Source: Eledone cirrhosa (taxonomy: Eukaryota). From it: a DNA stretch of 64,000 nt. How positions within the stretch are numbered: the stretch's first letter is position 1; the number at the start of each line of letters is the position of its first letter. Made by a program: the position numbers and the translations under genes. Shown here one piece after another: positions 51,601-64,000 of the stretch. The notes below the pieces were generated by a model. That model did no database searches. It had not been told where the DNA came from and worked only from the letters and a program-made list of their open reading frames with translations. The stretch is from contig OZ024740.1 in NCBI GenBank assembly GCA_964016885.1, forward strand, positions 186,434,001-186,498,000, given 5' to 3'.

Positions 51601-51697
51601 TTGGTTTGCCATGATGCATGGCAAATAACTACTATTACAAACCAAAGCATAAGATCACAGCCACCCCTTTCCATCATTTGTTGAGCTGTATATACAT

Positions 51698-51996
51698 ATA
51701 TATAACAGGCTGAATGAATTGAGGTGTATAACTCAATGAAACGTACATACCTATATATGTCACCATTGTAAGTAATTATATACATATATATATATATATA
51801 TATATAATATTATTCAAAATATTAACAAATGAAAAATGTTCTCATAATCAAAATATATACTTTATTATATATATTTCAGAGGTACTCTGTTGTTTTTTCA
51901 GTACATCCTCATCAGACAAATATATGATTTGATTGCAGTATTGGCCAATACTGGAATTGAATATACACCTCAACTCATTCAGCCTGTTATATATAT
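51698..51996. mobile_element. Penelope-type inverted repeat with decayed hammerhead (minus, about 51866-51917)
   Basis: ataacaggctgaatgaattgaggtgtata pairs with tatacacctcaactcattcagcctgttat; minus strand reads CTGATGA-ggatgtact...agtacctct-GAAA. Confidence 0.65.
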
Positions 51997-52011
51997 GTTG
52001 AGTACTTCTAA

Positions 52012-52650
52012 TCATCATCATCATCATCATCAACATTTAACGTCCGTGTTCCACGCTTGCATGGGTTTGGACGGGGGTTTTCCCACTTGAGGCAAGAGTG
52101 ATTGTCTTGCTCGCATAGGACTGTCTGGCAGGTTTTCTACAGTTGGATGCCCTTCCTAACACCAACCACATTTACAGTGTGGGTCTGGGAGGTTTTTTAC
52201 CGTGTTGCCTACACGGCCACATTACAGCGTGGACTGTGTGTTTTTTTGTCGTGAAACCTACACAATCTCATTTGTTTCGGCCTGGATGGTGTGGCACCAA
52301 CATAACTTTACATAGAAGGAGGCGGTGTGGATGGAGTGGGGGTGGTGGGACGGGGGTGTATTTTGTTAGAGATGCCTACTGACTGTAGTAGGTTTTACTA
52401 TGTATTTAGGTAAGGCGGGTCTTCTCTATTACTGAGTACCGCCAAAGGTCTCGGTCCAGTGACATTGTCTTGGAGAGGTGTAAGTGTGTGAGATCGGAGT
52501 TTATCAGCTCGTCCCAGGTTTTTCTAGGTCTGCCTATTCCGTGGCTACCGTCTATCTTTATTGCCCTGCACTTTGTTATACAGCTATCGACTTTCATGCG
52601 CATCACGTGTCCATACCAACGTAGCCTTCTCTCGAGTAAACAACATCTGT
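52012..52650 (-). mobile_element. RTE LINE 3' end
   Basis: RRLRWYGHVMRMKVDSCITKCRAIKIDGSHGIGRPRKTWDELI...DRDLWRYSV, then 3' UTR and (GAT)n tail. Confidence 0.88.
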
Positions 52651-52829
52651 TCTAATCTATTGTAAAATTGTATTCATTGAGTAATCAATGAACCATACTA
52701 ATCTCTGGTCATATATATATGTATATATGTGTTTGTGCATAGAACAATAAAAAAACAGAAGTCAGGTGTAGGTAGATAGTTACTTCATTGTTTTACGATT
52801 GATCGATGGAGATTGATGTATCGACTAGC

Positions 52830-53534
52830 ATGTTAGCAGTTAATTTGGTACCTATTTCTTGTATCAAAATCCCTGTTCAATCAGTCGCAAGAAACTATAA
52901 AAGGCATCATGATAAAGTGTACACACCACTCCATTGGTTCTTATGCAAGTAATATGAGTTTGCATGTACTGAAAAATAATTGTTTCTACTTTAGGTACAA
53001 GGCCAGCAATTACCCAGTGCATTACTGGTACTTTATTTTATCGACCCCGTAAGGATGAAAGGCAAAGTCAACCTCGCATCTACTGAAAAATAATATCAGG
53101 AGAAACCATAGAAGGTCCGAGGAAAACTGTGTGAGACTTTTCTATCAAGATAAATAGAGTTCTTGAAAATACAAGGAGAGACATAACTTTGGATGAGAAA
53201 GGTATTTAAAGGAGGCACTCGCTGATTGAAGTAGTTTGCTTAGGAGGACATTACATCAATTGTAAAGAAGATGAAAAAATTGTAAAGTATGCACACTTGA
53301 GAATAGATGTTGGGAGAATGTGAACTATGATTGTGACTGCAGCACTTGAGTCTGAGACAGAAAATCTCCAGATAGAATTGGAATCAGTTCCAGCATTACA
53401 ACATTGCAAAAAAACAACACTTTTTGGAAGAGCAAATATCCTGCAGAACGTACTGTCTATTTGAAGATACATATCTTAATAGGAAGTCAATTAAATGACC
53501 GAGTTTTATAAGATCATAACTGAGCAAATGAAGG
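52830..53534 (+). mobile_element. Old R4/Dong-type LINE 3' remnant, interrupted by a SINE
   Basis: LIEVVC...KEDEKIVKYAHLRIDVGRM...KTTLFGRANILQNVLSI* (REL C-terminus), ending in (AAT)n. Confidence 0.7.
52981..53075 (-). mobile_element. 5'-truncated SINE (family A) with a 19-bp TSD
   Basis: gcat(g/c)tactgaaaaataat at 52962-52980 and 53076-53094. Confidence 0.85.
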
Positions 53535-53586
<52 letters not shown>

Positions 53587-53599
53587 TAATAATAATAAT
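53535..53599. repeat. (AAT)n microsatellite
   Basis: Read directly from the sequence. Confidence 0.95.
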
Positions 53600-53778
53600 G
53601 ATTTCTTTATTAACCACAAGGGTTTACATAAAGTAGACATTAAGGGCAGTGCAGGACAATACAGGACGGTACAAATGGGCATTTCGGCGTGTAAAAAACA
53701 AAAACAGAGGATGTAACAAAAAAATAACAATGAAAAATTCCCCACAGTGACCCTGACCACCAAGGCAAGTGCCCTCTC

Positions 53779-56700
53779 CTAGTTTTCCACCTTTAATTTA
53801 CAGATATATACTCGGGCCATTCTTGCTTCTCTCACCCATCTTTCAACAAAATGCTGGGAAGAGAGCACTTCCCTCTCTACTCTGATTTTCCTTTTCAAAT
53901 AAAATTTGAAAAAGTCAATCAGAGCATCACCGAAGAGGTAAGTGCTCGTCTTCAGCCCTTTCAAACGTGTCCACCATACTATCTCTTTCGCCATGGCCAC
54001 CAGACAGATAAAAACTGCCTGCCCTTCCTGGCTAAAGGAGGGGCGCGGGGCAATCCTCACGATGGACTCAGATGATAGCCGGATCCGTCCTACACGTGAC
54101 AGCAGGTGTTCGACATAAACCCACAAGTCAGCAATTTTTGGACACTGGACGAGTGCGTGCAGGACGGTTTCGTCGCCCTGCGCGCATCTCGGACATGCCC
54201 GGCTGACGGCACCTCCATGCCTGTAGAGTTTATCCCGAACTGGCAAGGCTCCCCGGTAGCACTGCCAGGCCAGAGATTTCTGGAGTTGTCCATAGGCCCT
54301 GGCCCGAAAGTTCTTCCGAAGAGATTGGCTAGTTGATTTTCGTCGACGCCTAGAGTTTCTCCAAGTACGTCGTCGCTCTTCCCCTCCACTAATCCTCTAT
54401 AGAACGCCGAGGTGGAGTTTCCACCGATCACATTGCCCGATTGGTCGAGGGTTGTGAGCGCCTGAAGACATTCCAGTCTCCAGGCGCTCCCTCTCGGTCT
54501 TCGCTTGACCCAGGACTGCAGCTCCGTCAAGGAAACGAACTGGGGAAATACGTGTCTAGCAAACGGCGACCACACCTGATCACCGTCGAGGAAGAGGTGG
54601 AGATGTCGTAGCCTGAGCGCGTGTCTGCGCATCATCAGCCACGGCATTCCCGGCCCTCCACGTAGCGGGTGTTGACAGCAGATCGACCGCCTGACCATCG
54701 GAGCGCGTCCCTTCCACAAAAAGCGAAAGAGCAAACGCTCCAGCGCAGTCAGGCGGGGCTTAGGACAAGGTACGACGGTCAGGCGGTAGCAGATGACAGA
54801 CGCGATGTACGCGTTAGCCACCTCCGCTCGACCTTTCAGCGATAGCTTCCTCTCCGCCCATTTCTGGGTGAGAGAAGCCACCCTGCTCGTCAACTCGTCC
54901 CAGTTTTGTCCGTCTGGAGGTCCGGACCGTACCAGACACCTAGGAATTTAACCGGTCCGTCCGTCCAGCGTCCGACGACGCTGTTGGACGGCATGGTCCT
55001 GCCTCTCCAGGTGCCGAGCTGCAGGCCCACTGACTTTTCCTGGTTGATCATTGCTCCTGTCACCGCTTCGTATTCTCTTAGTGTAGTGCCGATCGCCTCG
55101 ATGTATTTGGCGTTCGACACCACTACAGTGACATCGTCCATATATGCTGACACGGATCTTCCGCATCCTAGTTCGCCCTCAACGTCTCCAGTTTGTGCAG
55201 TAATGGCTCGAGAGTCAATACGTACAATAGGGACGTGAGGGGACATCCTTCGCGGACCGAGCGCATGATCTTGAACGGTTCCGAAAGGTGACCGTTCACT
55301 CTCACTACAGAGCAGATGTCGCTGTGCAAGCGCAGCGATCCAGCCTCTGAAGACGGGCCCAAAGCCAGCCGCCCTCAGGACTGCCGCTAGGTAACGATGG
55401 TCGACCCTTTCGAAGGCTTTCGACTGATCTAAATTGATCAAGGACCCACCCGTGCCAGGTTCCCTAGCTACCCTCTCTACGATGTATCGCATGAGGTGGA
55501 GGTTGTCGTGGATGGATCTGTCGGGAATGGTGCATGTCTGCGCCTCTCCCACCAGACCACCAACGACAAGCGCCAACCTCTTTGCTAGCACCTTGGCCAA
55601 AATCTTGAACTCTGTGTTTAGCAGAGTTATGGGCCTAAAATTATCTATGTTATCCCACTTGTTCGGATCCTTTCTCAGCAGCGCCACCGCTCCTCGGCTC
55701 ACAGAGCTGGGAATTCTCCCGTTCTGTTGCCAGTTGCAGTAGACGTCCGCCATGAGGCTTCTGAACAAGTCTGGCATTTGTACGTAAAGTTCATAGGGCA
55801 GACCATCCAAACCAGGCGATTTACCCCTTGTGTAGCCAGTCATTGCCTCCCGTACTTCAGCGATTGTTATCGGCTTTTCGCAACACTCCGCCTCAGTGGC
55901 CGAGAGCCGCGGCAGTCCATCGAGGTAGACACTAAAGTCCATCCTCTCGATCCGGCCCGCCACTGCCCCCGAACAGTTGAGCGAAGTGTCGCTGAAAAGC
56001 TTCACACATTTGCCCAGGATCGAGTAGCATGCGCCCGTCGTGGTCCACCAAAGACCGGATCGTGGCTTTGTTGCCACGACGCGCCTCCGCCACTCGGGCC
56101 CATTGAACGGCTTTCGTCCCCTCGTGTCTGAGAGCACGCACCCTCGCTCTGACAACGCAGCCTTCGTGCTTTGCATTGAAGAATTGGTCAAGGGCCAATT
56201 TCGCAGCAAGTACGTCGGTCGCGATGCCTTTGCAAAGCACCTCCTCTAATTTTTTAACTAATTATCCCTCTGCTCTATTTTTCTCTATTGCTAAAGCCTT
56301 ACTAAACCTAATGGACTCTATTCAAATTGCTCTTTTCAGAGCAAACCACCACTTGTTGTTGACGATGGCCCCCGTCAACGCCCGCTTAACTAGTTCGCTA
56401 ATCCGGTCTCTGTAGGCCTTCCGCGCTGGTAAGGACGCGTTTAGCTTCCAGTAGCCGGGTCCTCGTCTATGAAGCCTATCTAAGTCAAGCACACAGATCA
56501 CGAATTTGTGGTCCGTGTAGCTGACTATCTTGAATTGTGGACAGCCTATGCTAGACCTATCTATTTCCCTACAAAATACTCTATCTTGATATGATCTGGA
56601 TGACCCTATGCGATTTGTCCAAGTCCACATTGGTACATTCGGGAAATCCAATCGGTACCTGTCAGACAGTTAAAAACGCCTGAGCAGGTTGGTGAGACTC

Positions 56701-57187
56701 TTGTACCCTCCTCCCCTATCCACTAATCCCACACAGTCCCAGCGTGCATCTAAGATCCCGTTCCAGTCGCCCACTAACACTAAAGTGCGGGACGGTCGAA
56801 GAAAGGTCTCCAGACGCCGTAAGAAATCAGGCCGCCCTGCTTCTGTCGGGGCATAGACGGCCACTAACCTGAAAGTTTGCCCGTCTCCGCTGGTCACGTC
56901 CAGCACCACCAACTTACCTTCTGGGTCCAGGAAGATGGCCCGTATGGCAAGATCCAAACCTCTCCGAAAAAGCACAGCAACTCCACCCCCGATCTCGGAC
57001 GGCTGGGAGATGCGTACACATCGTAACCGCCGAAGATCGGTGCGAAGGCGCGTGCTTCGGAGATTCTGGTCTCGCTGATGGCCACTACATCTATGTTTAG
57101 TGACCTGAGGTCGTTGAGCAGGTGGCTTTGCTTCCATGACGACCCCAAGCCACGCGCATTTATGCTGCCTATTCTGAGTGAGGTCAT
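53779..57187 (-). pseudogene. Tx1 ORF2 (AP endonuclease, reverse transcriptase, C-terminal CCHC), several frameshifts
   Basis: IGSINARGL, AISET, VYAP, LVGDWN, SYTDH, GPGYWKLN, KSPGLDGLPYE, NFRPITLLN, LDQSKAFERVDH, VREGCPL, AYMDDV, LSLKGR, CPRC...ETVLHALVQC. Confidence 0.92.
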
Positions 57188-57254
57188 GTTGAAAAGGAGT
57201 GGAAAAGATGGGAAAGACCACTTACCTTACTTCTCGTAGAGGAAGGACGGTTTT

Positions 57255-58885
57255 TCAATCCTTTTCACTGCTTGTGTCCTCCTCAGGAAGGGTGTCCTTA
57301 TAAATCCTCCTGGAGAGTGCTTGTCGGAAGTCTCCGATGTCTTTGGGGAATGTTTGTTTTAGTGTCATGTACGTTTTCTGTGTGATGCGAGTGATTTGTA
57401 TGTGTGGAGGTGGTGTGAATTTTTCGGTTGTTGTGTAGTCTTTTTCTGTGATGCTGGTGTTGTGTTGCATGTAGTGTAATAATTGGTTGTTGTTCAAATT
57501 TAATGCTGTGTAGTGTGTATCGTTTTGGTTGTTTTATCTTGTTTGTGTTTGTTGTGGGTTTGTTTCTGTTTCGCATTTTGGTGACTTTTGTGGTGTAGGT
57601 GATGGTGGTGTTGAGGTTGATGATGGTGATGGTGTTTGGGGTGATGGTGTTGGTGATGCTGGTGTGGATGGTGGCATATCTGTCCTAATTTATTTGTTTC
57701 CCTCTGTATTTTGTTTTTGGAGGGGGAAGGAAGAGATGTTTTTCTTTTGGTTTCTTTTTTTTTTCCTGATACCGTTTCCCACTCCTCGTCGTCACAATCT
57801 GTCTCCAGTTGTGATAGGCCGGGTAGTGGAAAATCCTCCACAGGCGTTAGTTTTGGTTGTGGCGTGATGGATGGTGTAGGCGCTGGTGAAAGTTCTGAAG
57901 CGTTGGGTGGTGGTTGTGTTGGTTTTGCTGGTGGTGGTGGTGGTGTTGGTTTTGCTACTGTTGCTGGGGTTGTTGCTGTTATAGTTGCTTCTGTTGTTGC
58001 TGCTACAGTTGTTGCTGCCATCTCTGCTACTGGTGGTGTTGATGGTTGAGACACTGGGGTGGGTAGGAGAGGTGGCCACAACCTTTTAGCCTGAGGGCAG
58101 AAAGCCCTTAGGTGGGTTCCTTCACCACAAACGATACATCTAGGCCTTCTGCCCTCGACAATTACGGTGAGGTGGCTGCCGTCAGTGAGGTCTATTACCT
58201 CTGGGATCTCCTCAATGCTTTTTTGGTCCGCTTGGATCAGGAGCTCCATCCCAGATCCGGACCAGTTCTCCTACTTTTCTTTTGCTATTGCTATTATCTT
58301 TGTTTTGGCTTCGATGCCGGCGAGGATGGCCGCTATTAGCCATGGAATTTCGATGGCCGGTGGAACGTGGGTCACCCTGATCTTTATGAGTCTCTGGCCA
58401 CAATAGCTTGGGACGAGTGTGAAGTCGTCACTTCTTAATGGGGCTATGGAGTGTTCTCTAGCTTCCTCTGGTGTTTCAAAGAACACGTCCACGGTTCCAT
58501 ACTTCTGCTCACGTCTGATGTGGGTTTTTCTTGCCCACACATGTCCCAAAGCTTTTTGGATTTGGGACTCGGATGCCCGTTCCACTCGGCGCGATTTTAC
58601 ATTAATTGTTCGATACGACACGGTGCATAGGCGCCGATGCTCCATTTTATTAGGTGGTTTGAGGCTGACCCTGTACCCATCTTTCTTTACCATTTTATTT
58701 GCATTTTCTAATTCCTCCTGAGTTACCGTAAATGCTTCGCACTGTTTTGCTACTCTGGCAAAACTCAGGGTGGTTTTTTTTATGTCAATGTTGCTATTGT
58801 TGTTATCGTTATTTTTGTTATTATTAATTTTAGTTTCAGTTGTGGTGGTGGTGACGTCAGTGGTGTTCGGTGTGGATGAGTCCAT
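57255..58885 (-). pseudogene. Tx1 ORF1 (RRM-like region, CCHC knuckle, Pro/Thr- and His-rich tail), frameshifted
   Basis: ORFs 58271-58885 and 57500-58249 (CIVCGEGTHLRAFC knuckle); probable continuation to 57255. Confidence 0.8.
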
Positions 58886-59390
58886 TTTGGTTAAAACATT
58901 TCGACATCACGAGTTGATTTATTTTTTCCTTTTGTTTCTGTTGTCGCGGTGGTGGTGGGGGTGGTGGTTGTCGCGGTGGTGGTGGTGGTGGCGGCTTTAA
59001 CACCTGCAGTCATTGGTAATGGCGGGAAATGAATGTCTGCCTGAGACAAATTTAAAATATTGATACTGATTAAATTTTTAGTGTTGGCAAATGTAGTAAT
59101 ATTTACAATGGTGGTGTCGGTGTGAGGTGTTAGATTATGAGGAAGGCTGTCAGCTTCGTGTGGCTGTGAGACTTCTATGTTTTTTTTTTCAAAGAATAAT
59201 TTTTGATAATTATAAATGTTTAAATTTTGGGCACAAGGCCCCAATCTTTTGGGGTGTCCTTTTCGGAAAACAATGTATGTGCGCTGATAAACAGTTAACA
59301 ATAAAATTTTCCATAAATGGCAAATTTTAACAAACGGAAATAACAAACCTTTGCGGAGCTCACGATGATACGATGTACTACGTAGGCGCC

Positions 59391-59449
<59 letters not shown>
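59391..59449. repeat. (AAT)n microsatellite separating two head-to-head LINEs
   Basis: Read directly from the sequence. Confidence 0.95.
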
Positions 59450-59451
<2 letters not shown>

Positions 59452-62400
59452 TGATCTGATCAAGCTATTAGCACAAAGTCAGCGAAGGGAAAATGAAACA
59501 TGTGTCAGTGAAAACGAGGTAAACTGTAACACGTCGAATCCCAGGGTTGGGGCGGAATCACTGGCAACAGAACAAATTAAAGAAAGGATCGAAATAGTGG
59601 AGGGAGTGCATGCTCAGGATGAAACTCCAAATGAAAATAATGAGATCGTAAATGATAAAGAAATGAATGAGAATGAACTTGCCAACTTGAAGGATGAAAT
59701 TATGATCGAATGGATGAAAATGAAAGAATCTGACATGGGGCAAAGAGACACCCTCCCTAAGATCCAGAACTCCAAACAGAACCAAAAAATAATACACAAG
59801 ACTAACATAATTCTCAAAAACATTATCATCACAAACAAACTAAACATTACTGATTTAAATCATCTCTATTATGCATCGGCTAAAGTCACCACTCACTTAT
59901 GTGGAGTGAAGATGAAAAAACAAAGGAATTCCCACAAGAAATCTACTTGGCAAGAGAACATCAATCGCCAAATAAACCTTCTCCGATCTGACATAGAAAT
60001 TTTAACAAACTATAAAGTAGGTGAACATGTTAAACAAACTAAACTTAGAAAATTGAAAAAAAAATACAGTATAAAATCAACATGTGACATAGACATGTTG
60101 ATAGAAATAATCAAGCAAAAAGTGTCGGCCAAAGCTGCTCGTATAAGGCGCTTTGAAAAACGATCTAGATTCTATAAGGACAATAATATGTTCAAAAACA
60201 ACCAAAGAAACTTCTACAGAAAAATTGGTAAGTCAACAATAACTGATAAATCAATACCACCCAAGGAGGAAGTGCAAGAATTCTGGGAAAAGATCTGGGC
60301 CGAAGAAAAAGTTCATAACATACATGCCCCATGGATAGACAGACAAATGAAAGATACAGCTCACCTTGAGGAACAAATATGGGAAAATATAACAGTTGAA
60401 CAGTTGCGCTTGGCTCTAAGAAAAACCAGCAAATGGAAATCCCCAGGAAAAGAAAAAATACAAAACTTTTGGATAAATGCCTTCACAGAGTCTCATGAGC
60501 TGTTAGCCCAACTTTACAATGAAATAGTTAAGGAGCCAGAAAAGATACCATCATGGCTAGTTAACGGCATTACATTCCTGCTTCCGAAGAATGATGAGAC
60601 AAACAATCCCAAAAATTACAGACCGATAACTTGCTTGACCACAATGTATAAAATGTTAACATCAGTCCTAACTGAATACACATATGACCACCTGATAACA
60701 AATGACCTATTTCCCATTGAGCAGAAAGGGTGTAAACGAGGCTCATATGGCTGTAAGGATCAGCTTCTGGTTAACAAAATGATACTGGAAGACTGTCATA
60801 ATAGACACAAAAATCTATCGATTGCTTGGATAGATTATAAAAAAGCATTCGATAGTTTGCCACACAGTTCGATTGAAAAATGTTTAGAGATCTTCAAAAT
60901 ATCCCCCGTTGTCAGGAGGTTTTTGTCATTCAGTATGAAGACATGGAAAACGACACTCCTTTTGAATAGTGAAACAAAATCACTGGAAGCTGGAGAAGTT
61001 AATATTAATTGTGGAATTTTTCAGGGTGACTCTTTATCACCGCTTTTATTCTGCATCGCACTTATACCATTAAGTAAAATGCTCAATGAAACAAAACATG
61101 GATATAAAGTCTATGACAAAACCATTAATCACCTGTTCTACATGGATGACCTGAAACTATTTGCAAAAAAGAATGAACAATTGCAAGGGCTATTATCCAC
61201 TGAGGAGCAGTTCAGTGATGACATTAAAATGGAGTTTGGACTAGATAAATGCGCCAAATCAACATTCACCAGAGGAAAGCTGCTGAAGAGTTCAGACATT
61301 AATCTTGATCGGGGAAACGTGATAAGAGAACTTGATCAAGAAAAAACTTACAAATATCTAGGTGTTTGTGAAGGAGACGGAATCAAGCACTCGACAATGA
61401 GGGAAAGGATAAGGAAGGAATGTTACCGTAGAGTAAGAGCAATCTTAAGAACGGAATTGAATGCAAGGAATAGGATCGATGCCATAAACACGCTTGCCAT
61501 ACCAGTAGTAACCTACAGTTACAATGTCATCAACTGGTCAAGCACAGAGATCCGTAGGCTCGATACAAAAATTAGAAAATTCTTAACCATGCACAGAATG
61601 CATCACCCTAAGGCAGATATAGATAGAATATATCTCCCTAGGAAAGAAGGAGGGCGTGGGTTAATCCAGTTAGACATTGCGTTGAAAACTGCAACAATTG
61701 GATTATCTACATATCTAAGGGAATCACATGATTGGATGATCAAACTCGTTTTGAAACACGAAAGCATCAAAAGATCATATTCCATTACAAAAGATGCACA
61801 AAGATACAGTAATGGACTACAAATTTCAGAAGTCCCATTTACTGCTGAAATGGAAAACACAGAAAAAGCAAAGCTGGTAAAAGTAACTGCAAAGAAAGAA
61901 CTGCCACAGAAACTGGCTAAGAAATGGCAAGAAAAGCCTCTGTATGGAAAATACCCAGAGCGAGCTAACAATCCTGATGTTGACAAAACTTTAACCCATC
62001 AGTGGTTGGCATCCTCTGGACTGAAATCGGAGACTGAAGGACTGATTATATCAGCACAAGATCAGTGTCTGCCAACAAAAAATTACCAAGCCAACATAAT
62101 AAAAAATGGATGCAGCCCATTATGCCGTGTATGCAAAAAACAACCAGAGACCATTGACCATATAATTTCAATGTGCAGTCCTATAGCTCCAACCGAATAC
62201 CTAAACAGGCATGACAGAGCTGCACAATACATACATTGGATAATGTGTAAGCATTTTGACCTGCCCCATCAAAAGAATTGGTGGGAGCATCAACCACCTC
62301 CCATACTTGAAAAAGATCACATCTCAATCTTGTGGAACTTTAGCATCCAAACAGACCGAAAAATAGATGCAAATAGACCTGATATAATATTGAAGGACTT

Positions 62401-62688
62401 TAAAAAGAGGGTATGCCTGCTAATTGATATGTCTGTTCCAATAGACAAGAATGTATCTATAAAAACATTTGAAAAATTGAGCAAGTATAAGGACCTGGAG
62501 ATAGAAATTGGAAAAATGTGGAATTGAGAACTAAAACAATACCAGTGGTTGTAGGCGCTCTGGGAATGATACCTAAGGGGTCTAATGATTACTTATCGCA
62601 AATCCCAGGAAACCCGCGTATAGGAGAAATACAAAAGATAGTACTAATGGAAACTGCCCATATACTAAGGAAGATTCTGTCAATATAA
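59450..62688 (+). CDS. R4/Dong RT-REL polyprotein; open from 59450 to 62527, one frameshift before the last ~55 aa
   Basis: WKSPG, NYRPITCL, WIDYKKAFDS, QGDSLSPLLF, YMDDLK, YKYLG, CRVC...HIISMC, RHD, NRPDII, LIDMSVP, EKLSKYKDL. The alternative frame continues LRTKTIPVVVGALGMIP...AHILRKILSI* to 62688. No natural start codon; the frame runs up to the AAT tract. Confidence 0.92.
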
Positions 62689-62831
62689 GTACATCACAAG
62701 TCTAAACACTAAAGATGCATGTGTGAGAATGTAAGTTCTTTCTTGAACATTGCGGACCTTGTTGTCTCTTGAGGTCACAGGTTGTGACTTGGTGATAACT
62801 CGTATGAACATAAAGCAAGATAAATGCAATT

Positions 62832-62833
<2 letters not shown>
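59450..62833 (+). mobile_element. R4/Dong-clade non-LTR retrotransposon, 5'-truncated
   Basis: Single RT + CCHC + restriction-like endonuclease ORF and a short 3' UTR, with (AAT)n on both sides. Confidence 0.92.
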
Positions 62834-62864
<31 letters not shown>

Positions 62865-62887
62865 CAATAATAATAATAATAATAAAC

Positions 62888-63182
62888 CAATACCAGTGGT
62901 TGTAGGCGCTCTAAGAATGATACCTAAGGAGTCTAATGATTACTTATCGCAAATCCCAGGAATCCCGCGTATAGGAGAAATACAAAAGATAGTACTAATG
63001 GGAACTGCCCATATACTAAGGAAGATTCTGTCAATATAAGTACATCACAAGTCTAAACACTAAAGATGCATGTGTGAGTATGTATGTTCTTTCTTGAACA
63101 TGGCGGACCTTGTTGTCTCTTGAGGTCACTGGTTGTGACTTGGTGATAACTCGTATGAACATAAAGCATGATAAATGCAGCT

Positions 63183-63184
<2 letters not shown>
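62888..63184 (+). mobile_element. Second copy of the Dong element 3' end, followed by (AAT)n
   Basis: Matches 62537-62833 with roughly a dozen substitutions. Confidence 0.92.
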
Positions 63185-63226
<42 letters not shown>

Positions 63227-64000
63227 TGACACAAGTATTTGGGTGTTCTGGAGGCTGATCACATCAAGAACAAAAAAATGAAGGAATTGATAAGATCTGA
63301 ATACATTCGAAGAGTAAGGAGCGTATTAAAATCACATCTGAACAGTAGGAATGCCATAAGTGCAGTAAATTCCCGAGCTGTATCTATTATTAGGTACAGT
63401 GCGGGAATGGTGAGATAGAATGTTGCTGAACAAAAAGAAATGGATAGGAAGACTAGGAAGCTATTGACTATCTACATGTTCCACGAGAGGAGTGATGTCG
63501 ATAGACTCTACTTAAGGAGATCTGACGGTGGAAGAGGTCTTATCAGCATAGAGGACTGTGTTCAGATGGAGAAAAACAACCTACACAAATACGTGACTGA
63601 TAGTAAGGAGCCAATGCTCAGAATTGTACTGAAAGAGAGGATAATAGACCAGGGGATGTCCAAGGAGGAAATAACAACAAGGAGAAAGAGCAGCCTTCAG
63701 GAAAAACCCCTTCATAGTACCTTCTTTGAGAAAACTGAATTCAGAGATCCACAGACATGGAACTGGTTGAAAACAGGCGACCTTAAAAGGGCTACAGAAG
63801 GAATGCTAATGGCTGCGCAAGAGCATGCCCTCCAAACGAAGTGGTTCAAACACCATATTTACAAGGAGGAGGCTAGCCCACTGTGCAGGATCTGTGGAGA
63901 GAGAGAGGAGACTGTGGCTCACATTGTATCCGAGTGTAAACACCTAGCCCAGACTCACTATAAGGGCTGGAGACATGATGTGATGGGCAGGGTGATCCAC
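63227..64000 (+). mobile_element. Different R4/Dong-type LINE, 5'-truncated, runs off the window
   Basis: KYLGVLEADHIK...EYIRRVRSVLKSHLN...DVDRLYLRRSDGGRGLISIED...TEGMLMAAQE...CRICGEREETVAHIVSEC...RHD; contains an in-frame stop near 63416. Confidence 0.9.

Larger units (their letters stand above)
53600..59390 (-). mobile_element. Full-length Tx1/L1-clade non-LTR retrotransposon, frameshifted
   Basis: 5' UTR, ORF1 with a zinc knuckle, ORF2 with APE, RT and zf-RVT, short 3' UTR with aataaa; bounded on both sides by (AAT)n. The exact 5' boundary is inferred. Confidence 0.9.

Noticed and set aside
57529-58049. Plus-strand Gly/Val-rich ORFs inside the Tx1 element
   Set aside because: Antisense shadows of the Pro/Thr/His-rich ORF1 region.

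Overview
Very AT-rich, repeat-saturated eukaryotic DNA. The microsatellite load and SINE/LINE families suggest an octopus (coleoid cephalopod) genome; this is an inference. No intact host gene is visible, and nearly all ORFs in the supplied track are microsatellite artefacts. Recognisable content: (1) an 11-kb LINE pile-up at 52.8-64 kb built on (AAT)n tracts, with an old R4/Dong remnant, a full-length frameshifted Tx1/L1-type element on the minus strand, a near-intact R4/Dong RT-REL ORF, a second copy of its 3' end and another Dong-type element; (2) DNA transposon relics: hATm with an 8-bp TSD, Charlie/Buster-type hAT, mariner, a pogo-like end, a non-autonomous Helitron and MITEs; (3) many RTE, CR1 and tRNA-SINE fragments; (4) about ten fold-back (inverted-repeat) elements, several carrying minimal type I hammerhead ribozyme motifs of the Penelope/retrozyme kind, plus a Penelope GIY-YIG remnant; (5) scattered, apparently frameshifted minus-strand exon-like segments with TPR and CCCH zinc-finger motifs, which may be a decayed ZC3H7-like gene. 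Coordinates were read by eye; edges of degenerate repeats are approximate.
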